From an uncultured Pelagibacteraceae bacterium (GTDB taxonomy: Bacteria > Pseudomonadota > Alphaproteobacteria > Pelagibacterales > Pelagibacteraceae), in contig CACEEJ010000003.1 of the NCBI GenBank assembly GCA_902558545.1, forward strand, positions 2,050 through 66,049: a stretch of 64,000 nucleotides of DNA. The letters are read 5' to 3'. The translations under genes were made by a program, and so were the position numbers. Shown piece after piece: positions 40,709 through 49,868 of this stretch. The notes under the pieces were generated by a model. That model saw only the letters and a list, made by a program, of their open reading frames with translations, had not been told where the DNA came from and did not search any database. Within the stretch, counting starts at the first letter, position 1, and each line of letters begins with the position of its first letter.

Positions 40709-40807
40709 TTATAATACAAAAGTTAAAATTAATAAAATTATTAAAATAATTATAAAAAAATAAATTACTGATTTTTGTAAAGATGCATTCAAAAGCCAAT
40801 TAAACAT
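40709..40807 (-). CDS. Possible 32-aa single-pass membrane peptide
   Basis: MFNWLLNASLQKSVIYFFIIILIILLILTFVL; AAGGAA upstream; fills the gap between tRNA-Arg and paaI. Confidence 0.5.
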   Translation of the reverse strand: MFNWLLNASLQKSVIYFFIIILIILLILTFVL

Positions 40808-40821
40808 TTTTGTTTCCTTTT

Positions 40822-40898
40822 TGGTGGACCGCCCAGAACTCGAATCTGGAATCTCCCGGTTCGTAGCCGAGCGCCTTATCCAATTTGGCCAGCGGTCC
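40822..40898 (-). tRNA. tRNA-Arg(ACG)
   Basis: Acceptor GGACCGC/GCGGTCC-A-CCA, anticodon arm CTCGG-CTACGAA-CCGGG, T-arm CCAGA-TTCGAGT-TCTGG. Confidence 0.94.
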
Positions 40899-40971
40899 TT
40901 TTTAATAATATATCCCATATATCAAAGTTTTTGATGTAATTTAACTTATAAAATATTATGTTAATTACTTT

Positions 40972-42159
40972 ATGAACAAAAATTCTAGCGATGTTGTTAT
41001 TACCTCAGCACTAAGAACTCCAATTGGTAGATACAAAGGGTCGTTAAAAAATCTTAGCGCATCAAAATTAGGATCAATAGCAATTAAAGAGGTAATTTAT
41101 AAATCAAAATTAGATTTAGAGGAGATTGATGAAGTAATAATGGGGCACGTTTTAACTTCTGGACTTGGTCAAAACCCTGCTAGACAGGCTTCAATCGGTG
41201 CAGGAGTACCAGTTTCTAAACCCGCTCATATTGTTAATCAGGTTTGTGGATCTGGATTAAGATCTGTTGTTTCAGGATATCAATCAATAAGTTTAGGAGA
41301 AAATAAAATAGTCATTGCAGGCGGTCAAGAAAATATGTCTCGAGCAACTCATGCAATTTATTATAGAGAAGATAAAAAATTTTCTGAAAACAAATTAGTA
41401 GATACAATGATAAAAGATGGTCTACTTGATTCATTTAATGATTATCATATGGGTGTTACAGCTGAGAACGTTGCTGAAAAATATAAAATTTCTAGAGATG
41501 AACAAGATAATTTTTCTTTAAATTCTCAGAAAAAAACAGAAAAAGCTTATAGCGAAAATAAATTTAAAGATGAGCTGATTAAATTACAAATTGAAGATGG
41601 TGATAAAAAATTTATTTTTGAAAAAGATGAACATCCTAGAGAAAATTTAAGTATAGATGATCTAAAAAAATTAAAAACAGTATTTAAAGAAAATGGGACT
41701 GTAACACCTGGAAATTCGTCAGGTATAAATGATGGTGCTGCGGCCTTAGTTTTAATGTCTAGAGAGCAAGCAGAAAAAAAATCATTAGAGTCATTAGTTA
41801 AAATTGTATCTTGGGCAACTTGTGGGGTTGAGCCTTCATTAATGGGACTAGGACCCATACCTTCAATTCAAGAAGCATTATCTAAAGCAAATTGGAAATT
41901 AGATGAAGTGGACTTATTTGAAATTAATGAGGCTTTTGCAGCACAAAGTATTGCGGTAATTAAAGAATTAAAAATCCCTGAACAAAAAGTTAATGTTAAT
42001 GGAGGAGCAATCGCTTTAGGTCATCCGATTGGAGCTTCTGGGGCAAGAATTTTGGTTACACTTGTCCATGAAATGATCAAGCAAGATAAAAAAAAAGGTT
42101 GTGCGGCACTCTGTATTGGTGGTGGTATGGGGATAGCTATGTGTATTGAGAGAAGCTAA
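40972..42159 (+). CDS. Acetyl-CoA C-acetyltransferase (thiolase)
   Basis: GQNPARQA, VCGSG, NEAFA, GHPIGASG, LCIGGGMG. Confidence 0.95.
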   Translation: MNKNSSDVVITSALRTPIGRYKGSLKNLSASKLGSIAIKEVIYKSKLDLEEIDEVIMGHVLTSGLGQNPARQASIGAGVPVSKPAHIVNQVCGSGLRSVVSGYQSISLGENKIVIAGGQENMSRATHAIYYREDKKFSENKLVDTMIKDGLLDSFNDYHMGVTAENVAEKYKISRDEQDNFSLNSQKKTEKAYSENKFKDELIKLQIEDGDKKFIFEKDEHPRENLSIDDLKKLKTVFKENGTVTPGNSSGINDGAAALVLMSREQAEKKSLESLVKIVSWATCGVEPSLMGLGPIPSIQEALSKANWKLDEVDLFEINEAFAAQSIAVIKELKIPEQKVNVNGGAIALGHPIGASGARILVTLVHEMIKQDKKKGCAALCIGGGMGIAMCIERS

Positions 42160-42285
42160 AAAGCTTAATATTCATTTATTTTTTTATTTTTTGTATAATA
42201 AAAATATAAGATTAACGAAAAAACCTTATTAATGTGATAAAATAAAATCCAATAATGTTTTTTTGGGTATATAAAACATTTAAAA

Positions 42286-45200
42286 ATGAGCGAAAAATTA
42301 CTTGTTCCTGACATTGGTGACTTTGAAAATGTTGAGGTTATAGAGATACTTGTAAAACCTGGTGATCAAATTAAACAAAATGATCCAATAGTCACAATTG
42401 AAAGTGATAAATCAAGTGTTGAAATTCCTTCTACCATTGCTGGAAAAGTAGATAGTTTAGCAGTTAAAGTTGGTGATAAAGTTTCTAAGGGAGATTTGTT
42501 GCTTAATCTTACACCATTATCAAAAATATCATTAGAAAGTACTCTTCCAAAAGATACAGAAAATATAATTCAACAAGCTGAAGAAGCAATGGCTGAAAAA
42601 AAAGAGGAAAAAAAAATTATATCTGAACCTATAATTGAAAAAAAACAATCTACAATTCAATTAGTTAATGGGGCTGATATTGATCCACTTGAAACTCAAG
42701 ATTGGCTGGAATCTTTATCTGCAGTTATTTCGAAAGATGGAAATCAAAGAGCTCATTTTTTAATTAAAGAACTAATTAACAAAGCTTATCGTGAAGGTGC
42801 AAATATTCCTTATACCCAAAATACTCCATACATTAATACAATACCTCCTGAGGCTGAAGTAAAGTCTAGTGGCGACCAAAATATTGAAAGAAGAATTAGA
42901 TCTTTAATTAGATGGAATGCAGCAGCAATGGTAGTTCGAGCAAATAAAAAATATCCTGAGCTTGGTGGACACATCGGTACATTTGCATCTGCTGCAACAT
43001 TATATGATGTTGGGATGAATCATTTTTGGAGAGCAAAAAATAATAAATTTGGTGGAGATTTAATATATTTCCAAGGACATAGTGCTCCAGGAATGTACGC
43101 AAGGGCATTCTTAGAGGGCAGATTAAATGAGAAACAATTAGATAGTTTTAGACAAGAGGTAAAGCCTGGAGGTTTATCTTCATATCCACATCCTTGGCTA
43201 ATGCCAAATTTTTGGCAGTTCCCCACTGTATCCATGGGGTTAGGTCCTATGCTTGCTATATATCAAGCTAGATACATGAAATATTTAATCAATAGAGGGT
43301 TTATTAAAGATGAAGGAAGAAAAGTATGGGCTTTTTTAGGTGATGGAGAAATGGACGAGCCAGAATCAATGGGAGCAATTGGGCTGGCTGCAAGAGAAAA
43401 TTTAGATAATTTAATTTTTGTAGTTAATTGCAACCTTCAAAGATTGGATGGTCCAGTTAGAGGTAATGGAAAAATTATTCAAGAACTTGAAGGAAGTTTT
43501 AGAGGTGCTGGTTGGAATGTAATAAAAGTTATTTGGGGATCATATTGGGACTCATTGCTTGCTAATGATAAAACTGGTCACTTAATAAAAATTATGAATG
43601 AAACCGTAGATGGTGAATATCAAGCAATGAAAGCAAGAGATGGTGCCTATGTAAGAGAAAAGTTTTTTGGAAAATCTCCTGAAACATTGGAATTAGTTTC
43701 AAGCATGTCTGATAAAGATATATGGCGGCTAAACAGAGGCGGACATGATCCTCATAAAGTTTTTGCCGCATATGATAAAGCAACTAAAAATCAAGGAAGT
43801 CCAACTGTAATTATTGCTAAAACTATTAAAGGTTACGGAATGGGAAAATCTGGTGAAAGTGTGAATACTACTCACCAAACTAAAAAATTAGATGTTGATG
43901 ATCTGATTTATTACAGAGATCGATTTGATGTTCCTTTAACAGATGAACAGGTGAGAAATATTGAATATTTTAAGCCTGATGAAAAATCACCTGAAATAAA
44001 ATACATTAAAGAAAGAAGAATTAAATTAGGTGGATTTTTACCTGAACGATCCACTTTTGCAAAACCAATTAAAGCACCAACCAAAGATATTTTTGATTTT
44101 ATGAAAGTATCGACTGGTGAAAAAGAAATGTCTACTACAATGGCACTTGTGAGAATGCTAACTAATTTATTAAGAGATAAAAATATATCTCCAAGATTAG
44201 TTCCAATTATTCCAGATGAAGCCAGAACTTTTGGCATGGAAGGTTTTTTTCAAAAAATTGGAATTTATGCACATGAGGGGCAAAAATATGAACCCGAGGA
44301 TGCTGCTCAATTAAGTTCTTATAGAGAAGACAAAAGTGGTCAAGTTTTAGAAGAAGGTATCAATGAGGCAGGTGCTATGTCTTCATGGATTGCTGCTGCC
44401 ACTGCATATACTAATCATGATATCGAAATGATCCCAATTTATATTTTTTATTCAATGTTTGGTTTCCAAAGAGTAGGAGATCTAGCTTGGGCAGCTGGGG
44501 ATAGTCAAGCTAGAGGATTTTTGGTAGGTGCAACAGCTGGAAGAACAACATTAGCTGGAGAAGGCCTACAACACCAGGATGGGCATAGTCATTTAATTGC
44601 ATCAACTATTCCAAATTGTGTAACTTATGATCCTACATTTCATTATGAATTAGCGGTAATTTTTCGAGAAGGTCTAAGAAGAATGCATGAGAAAAATGAG
44701 AATGTTTTTTATTATATTACAACAATGAATGAAAATTACTCACACCCAGAAATGCCAAAAGATAAGAATTGTGAGGAAGGCATTTTAAAGGGCATGTATA
44801 AAATAAAAGAATTTAACAAATACAAAAAAACTAAAATCCAACTTCTAGGATCAGGAACAATCTTAAGAGAAATGATGTCTGCTGCAGAGATTTTACAAAA
44901 CGATTATCAAATTGACAGTGAGATATGGAGTGTAACAAGTTTTAATGAATTAAGAAAAGATGGAATGGAGGTAGAAAGATATAATCTTTTGAATCCTGAT
45001 AAAGAACCTAAAAAATCTTATGTCGAACAATGCCTGGGCCAAACAGAGGGTCCAATTATGGCTGCATCTGATTATATGAGAATGAATTCAGATCAAATCA
45101 GACCTTATACTAATAAAAGCTTTTATTCATTAGGAGCAGATGGTTTTGGAAGAAGCGATACAAGAAAAAATTTAAGAAAATTTTTTGAGGTAGATAAAGA

Positions 45201-45324
45201 GCACTTGGTTGCGTACGGTTTAAGTATTTTGGCAAAAGAACAGCTTATTACTTCTAAATATGCAAAAGACGCAATGAAGAAGTATAATATTGATACCAAC
45301 AAACCAATTCCAACAAAATTATAA
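42286..45324 (+). CDS. aceE: Homodimeric pyruvate dehydrogenase E1 with N-terminal lipoyl domain
   Basis: N-terminal IESDKSSVEIP; DIDPLETQDW, GGHIGTF, SSYPHP, PTVSMGLG, GDGEMDE, GEGLQHQDGHS. Confidence 0.95.
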   Translation: MSEKLLVPDIGDFENVEVIEILVKPGDQIKQNDPIVTIESDKSSVEIPSTIAGKVDSLAVKVGDKVSKGDLLLNLTPLSKISLESTLPKDTENIIQQAEEAMAEKKEEKKIISEPIIEKKQSTIQLVNGADIDPLETQDWLESLSAVISKDGNQRAHFLIKELINKAYREGANIPYTQNTPYINTIPPEAEVKSSGDQNIERRIRSLIRWNAAAMVVRANKKYPELGGHIGTFASAATLYDVGMNHFWRAKNNKFGGDLIYFQGHSAPGMYARAFLEGRLNEKQLDSFRQEVKPGGLSSYPHPWLMPNFWQFPTVSMGLGPMLAIYQARYMKYLINRGFIKDEGRKVWAFLGDGEMDEPESMGAIGLAARENLDNLIFVVNCNLQRLDGPVRGNGKIIQELEGSFRGAGWNVIKVIWGSYWDSLLANDKTGHLIKIMNETVDGEYQAMKARDGAYVREKFFGKSPETLELVSSMSDKDIWRLNRGGHDPHKVFAAYDKATKNQGSPTVIIAKTIKGYGMGKSGESVNTTHQTKKLDVDDLIYYRDRFDVPLTDEQVRNIEYFKPDEKSPEIKYIKERRIKLGGFLPERSTFAKPIKAPTKDIFDFMKVSTGEKEMSTTMALVRMLTNLLRDKNISPRLVPIIPDEARTFGMEGFFQKIGIYAHEGQKYEPEDAAQLSSYREDKSGQVLEEGINEAGAMSSWIAAATAYTNHDIEMIPIYIFYSMFGFQRVGDLAWAAGDSQARGFLVGATAGRTTLAGEGLQHQDGHSHLIASTIPNCVTYDPTFHYELAVIFREGLRRMHEKNENVFYYITTMNENYSHPEMPKDKNCEEGILKGMYKIKEFNKYKKTKIQLLGSGTILREMMSAAEILQNDYQIDSEIWSVTSFNELRKDGMEVERYNLLNPDKEPKKSYVEQCLGQTEGPIMAASDYMRMNSDQIRPYTNKSFYSLGADGFGRSDTRKNLRKFFEVDKEHLVAYGLSILAKEQLITSKYAKDAMKKYNIDTNKPIPTKL

Positions 45325-46584
45325 TGTCAGAAACTGAGATTAAAGTACCTAATATTGGAGATTTTAAAGATGTTGAGGTTATTGAGGTATTAGTTACCGA
45401 AGGTCAATCAATTAAAAAAAATGATGCTCTAATAACAATTGAAAGTGATAAATCTAGCGTAGAAATACCATCAAATTTAGAAGGTAAAATTAAAAATTTA
45501 AAAATAAAAGTAGGAGACAAAGTTTCTGAGGGCGATTTAATTTTAACTGTAGATAGTGATTCAGAAGTTAAAAAAGAAGAGGTTAAAGAAAAAACAGAAA
45601 ATGAAAAAGAGTCAAAAAATATTGAGGTAATAAAACCTGAAATCCAAGAAAAAACATTTTCTAAAAATAATATTTCAGACATTTCATCAGCAAGTCCAAA
45701 AGCTAGAAAATTTGCTAGAGAACTTGGTGTAGATATTAATCAAGTAGCGGGAAGTCAGAAAGATGGCAGAGTTGTTGAAGATGATATTAAAAAATTTGTT
45801 TCATCTTATTCAAAAAACAACGTTGCAGTAAAAGATAGTAAACCAGATAAAATTAAACGAATTTGAACATTCTGATTTTGGTGAAATAGAAATTAAAGAT
45901 ATACCAAGAGTAAAAAAATTATCATCAAAATATCTTTCAAATTCATGGACAACAATTCCTCATGTTACAAATCATGATGAAGCCGACATAACAGAGATGG
46001 AAAGTTTTCGAAGTTCATTAACAGATATGTATACTGGAGAAAAAATTAAAATTACGCCTCTTGCATTTATAATAAAGGCTTTAGTTGCATCTCTTAAGAA
46101 ATTTCCTAGTTTTAATTCTTCTATCGACGAGATTGAGACTGGAAAAATGACTTTAAAAAAATATTACCATATTGGGATAGCAGTTGACACGCCAAATGGA
46201 TTAATGGTTCCAAAAATAAGAAATGCAAATAACAAAAAAATTTCTCTGATAAGTAAAGAATTAAAAGAAGTAAGCGAACTTTGTAGAAATTTAAAAATCG
46301 ATAAAAAAGAATTGTTTGGCGGCTCTATGACGATTACGAGTTTAGGTGGTATAGGGGGTTCATTTTTTACCCCTATAATTAATTATCCTGAAGTTGCTAT
46401 ATTAGGAGTAGGAAGATCAGAAAAAAAACAAATTTTTATGAATGGAAAGTTTCAAACTAGGACTATGCTGCCAATTTCTCTATCTTATGATCACAGAATT
46501 ATTGATGGTGCAGAAGCAGCCAGGTTTAATAATGATCTAAAAGAAAATTTAGGTAAAAATTTTGCCTATAAATTAGCTGTCTAA
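45324..46584 (+). CDS. aceF: Dihydrolipoamide acetyltransferase E2, interrupted by a frameshift near 45855
   Basis: First frame gives lipoyl (ESDK) and E3-binding (ASPKARKFARELG) domains; the +1 frame continues NEFEHSDFGEIE-IPHVT-SYDHRIIDG. Confidence 0.9.
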
Positions 46585-46590
46585 TTAAAA

Positions 46591-47484
46591 ATGAGTAAAT
46601 CCATATCATTATTTAGTGCCTTATTGTGCACTTTCATTTGGGGAACAACTTTTATTGCCCAAGATACAGGCATGGATAATATTGGCCCTTTTACATTTAA
46701 TGCTGTTAGGTTTTTTGTTGGGTTTTTAGCCATAATTCCACTTATGATTTTATTTGAATTAAAAAATTTTAAATCAGAATTTAAATTAGAAAAAAAAACC
46801 TTCATAATTTATTCATTATTAATTGGAATTTCTTTATTCTTAGGCTCAGCACTACAACAAGTTGCTTTGCTTTATACAGATGTTGCAAATGCTGCTTTTT
46901 TTACAATTTTTTATGTGCCAATGGTACCGATTATCATTTTTTTGTTTGGTAAAAAATCAATGCATTGGAGTGTATGGCCTTCTGTAATTCTATGTTTAAT
47001 TGGAGGATATTTATTAACAAATTTTCATGATGCAACAGTAAGATTAGGAGATACCTTAGTTGTTCTTGGAGCTCTATTTTGGAGTACTCATATCATTTTT
47101 ACTGGGATCATTATAACTAAATACAATCTGCCACTTACATTAGGAGCTGTGCAGACTTTAATTGTAGCTATTTTTTCATTTATAATTGGAATTATTTATG
47201 AAGAATTTATTTTAAGTAATATTTTAATTGAAATTTATTCAATTTTATATGCTGGGATTTTATCTGGTGGATTTGCATTTGTGTTACAAATTTATGCCCA
47301 GCGTAATATTACTCCAGCACCTGCAGCTATAATTTTTTCTCTTGAAGGTGTATTTGCGACTTTAGCTGCTTGGTTTATTTTAAATCAAATTCTAGATATT
47401 AATAATTTACTTGGATGCTTTTTTATTCTATGCGGGGTTCTCTTGTCTCAATTACTGCCTTTAATTAAAAAGAAATATACTTAA
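46591..47484 (+). CDS. DMT/EamA family permease
   Basis: FIWGTTF, FNAVRF, about 10 transmembrane helices, FSLEGVFA. Confidence 0.88.
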   Translation: MSKSISLFSALLCTFIWGTTFIAQDTGMDNIGPFTFNAVRFFVGFLAIIPLMILFELKNFKSEFKLEKKTFIIYSLLIGISLFLGSALQQVALLYTDVANAAFFTIFYVPMVPIIIFLFGKKSMHWSVWPSVILCLIGGYLLTNFHDATVRLGDTLVVLGALFWSTHIIFTGIIITKYNLPLTLGAVQTLIVAIFSFIIGIIYEEFILSNILIEIYSILYAGILSGGFAFVLQIYAQRNITPAPAAIIFSLEGVFATLAAWFILNQILDINNLLGCFFILCGVLLSQLLPLIKKKYT

Positions 47485-48245
47485 TAAATTAAACTAAATA
47501 AAATTAAAGCAATTATTATTCTATAAATTACAAACGCATTCATTGAAAATTTATTTATATAAATTAAAAAGAATTTAACTGTTAGAAAAGAAAAAATAAA
47601 AGAAGATATAATTGCAATAACTATTAAGTAGTTAAATTCAATTGATTGTTCAAAAACATTTTTCAAGCTTAAAACACTAGCTCCAGCCAATGCTGGGATT
47701 GAAAGTAAAAAAGATATCTTACTTGAATCTACTCTATTGAATTTTAAAATTCTCGCAGCCGTTATGGCAATTCCTGCCCTGCTCACTCCAGGTACAAGAG
47801 AGAAAATTTGGAAAACACCTATAAATATTATTGACTGAAAATTTAAATTTGAAGAAATTTTTTTATCAAATCGATTTTTGTCTGAGATGTATAAGATAAT
47901 TGCGAATATTAAAGTAGTCCATGCTATAATTTCTATATTTCTTAATTGATAAATAAAACCTGTATTATAAAGTATATATCCAACAATTATTAAAGGAATA
48001 GATCCAAGTATAATTAAACTTAAAAGCCTTTTATTTTTTCTAGTATCAAATAGTTCATCTCTAAAAAAATAAATTATTGCCATTAGGGATCCTAAGTGAA
48101 GGCTTATATCAATTAAAAGAGAACTGGACTTAAATTCATATAATGTCGAAACCAAAATTAAATGAGCAGAAGAACTAATAGGAAGAAATTCTGATATTCC
48201 TTGAATTGCAGAGAGAATTAAAACTTCTATAATATTTTGAAACAT
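47481..48245 (-). CDS. uppP: Undecaprenyl-diphosphate phosphatase
   Basis: QGISEFLPISSSAHL, PGVSRAG, SFLLSIP. Confidence 0.93.
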   Translation of the reverse strand: MFQNIIEVLILSAIQGISEFLPISSSAHLILVSTLYEFKSSSLLIDISLHLGSLMAIIYFFRDELFDTRKNKRLLSLIILGSIPLIIVGYILYNTGFIYQLRNIEIIAWTTLIFAIILYISDKNRFDKKISSNLNFQSIIFIGVFQIFSLVPGVSRAGIAITAARILKFNRVDSSKISFLLSIPALAGASVLSLKNVFEQSIEFNYLIVIAIISSFIFSFLTVKFFLIYINKFSMNAFVIYRIIIALILFSLIY

Positions 48246-48352
48246 TATTTCTTCGTAACTTATAAAGTATTTATTTAAAACAATTCGATTTAAGCATAAT
48301 AGCTATGCAATAATTAAAAACTTGTTTATTAGCGGTAAAAATTTAAAAATTA

Positions 48353-48371
48353 AGGTCAATATATATGACCT
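48353..48371. promoter_or_regulatory. Inverted repeat upstream of gltD
   Basis: AGGTCA-ATATATA-TGACCT. Confidence 0.55.
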
Positions 48372-48428
48372 ATTTTATGCTTTATATACATAAATCAGGG
48401 TATATTTTGCCGAAACTTAAATAATATT

Positions 48429-49868
48429 ATGCCAGATAAAATGCTTAAATTTGTTAAAATAGGTCAACAAACTCCACCTAAAAGGGAAGTTGATACAAGA
48501 AAGAAAGATTTTAACGAAATTTATGACGAGTATATCAATGAAAAAGCCAAAGAACAGTCAAGTAGATGTTCGCAATGTGGAGTACCTTTTTGTCAAGTTC
48601 ATTGTCCATTAAGTAACAACATTCCAGATTGGCTTAAACTGACAGCCGAGGGAAGATTAAAAGAGGCGTATGAATTATCCCAAAGCACAAACAATATGCC
48701 TGAAGTGTGTGGCCGAATTTGCCCCCAAGATAGATTATGCGAAGGAAATTGTGTAATTGAACAGTCTGGTCATGGAACAGTAACTATTGGATCAGTAGAA
48801 AAATATATTACAGATAATGCTTGGGCTCAGGGCTGGGTAAAACCAATTAAAGTAACGAATGAAAAAAATCAAAGCGTAGGAATTATAGGAGCAGGTCCTG
48901 CTGGTCTAGCTGCTGCAGAACAATTAAGAAAAAATGGTTATAAAATAACTGTCTACGATAGATATGATAGAGCAGGAGGATTATTAATTTATGGAATTCC
49001 AAATTTTAAATTAGAAAAAGAAGTTGTAGAGCGAAGAACAAAACTCTTAAAGGATGGAGGAATTGAATTTGTTCAAAATTTTGAAGTTGGTAAGGATGCA
49101 AGTCTAGACCAATTGAGAAAAAAACACGATGCAATTTTAATTGCTACAGGAGTTTATAAAGCAAGAGAAGTAAACTTACCTGGAAATGATCTTGATAATA
49201 TTTTTCCTGCAATGGATTTTTTAACAGCATCTAATAAAAAAGGTCTAGGAGATGACGTTGAGTTGTTTGATAAAGGAATTTTAAACGCAGAAGGTAAAGA
49301 TGTTGTTGTAATCGGAGGAGGTGACACAGCAATGGATTGTGTGAGAACTTCTATAAGACAGAAGGCAAAATCTGTTAAATGTTTGTATAGAAGAGATAAA
49401 GAAAATATGCCAGGATCTGCAAGAGAAGTTGCAAATGCAGAAGAAGAAGGTGTTGAATTTGTTTGGTTATCAAGTCCTAAAGAATTTAAAGGTACAAATA
49501 AAGTAGAAAAAATAATTGTAGATCAAATTAAACTAGGTGAACCAGACGACACAGGAAGAAGAAAGCCACAAGTACAAGAAGGCTCAAGTTACGAAACAAA
49601 AGCAGATATGGTTATTAAAGCACTAGGTTTTGATCCTGAGGATTTACCGAATTTATTTGATAGTAATGAATTACAAGTAACAAAGTGGGGAACTATTAAA
49701 ACAGATTTTGATACTATGGAAACAAATATAAAAGGGGTGTTTGCAGCTGGTGATATAGTTAGAGGAGCTTCATTAGTTGTTTGGGCGATAAAAGATGGAA
49801 GAGATGCAGCAGCTTCAATTAAAACTTATCTAGAGAGTAAATCTAAAGTGGAAAAAAGAGTGGCTTAA
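48429..49868 (+). CDS. gltD: Glutamate synthase small subunit
   Basis: RCSQCGVPFC-CP, CGRICPQ-CE, GAGPAG, GGGDTAMDC. Confidence 0.96.
   Translation: MPDKMLKFVKIGQQTPPKREVDTRKKDFNEIYDEYINEKAKEQSSRCSQCGVPFCQVHCPLSNNIPDWLKLTAEGRLKEAYELSQSTNNMPEVCGRICPQDRLCEGNCVIEQSGHGTVTIGSVEKYITDNAWAQGWVKPIKVTNEKNQSVGIIGAGPAGLAAAEQLRKNGYKITVYDRYDRAGGLLIYGIPNFKLEKEVVERRTKLLKDGGIEFVQNFEVGKDASLDQLRKKHDAILIATGVYKAREVNLPGNDLDNIFPAMDFLTASNKKGLGDDVELFDKGILNAEGKDVVVIGGGDTAMDCVRTSIRQKAKSVKCLYRRDKENMPGSAREVANAEEEGVEFVWLSSPKEFKGTNKVEKIIVDQIKLGEPDDTGRRKPQVQEGSSYETKADMVIKALGFDPEDLPNLFDSNELQVTKWGTIKTDFDTMETNIKGVFAAGDIVRGASLVVWAIKDGRDAAASIKTYLESKSKVEKRVA

Noticed and set aside
29144-40898. Region between the two tRNAs as a genomic island
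   Set aside because: No integrase, att duplication or evident compositional shift; content is housekeeping
40709-40918. 69-aa ORF from the track
   Set aside because: Its first half is the tRNA-Arg gene; only the part from ATG 40807 is plausible
45324-46584. aceF as a true pseudogene
   Set aside because: Single indel in an A-run, no further decay, central metabolic enzyme; error more likely
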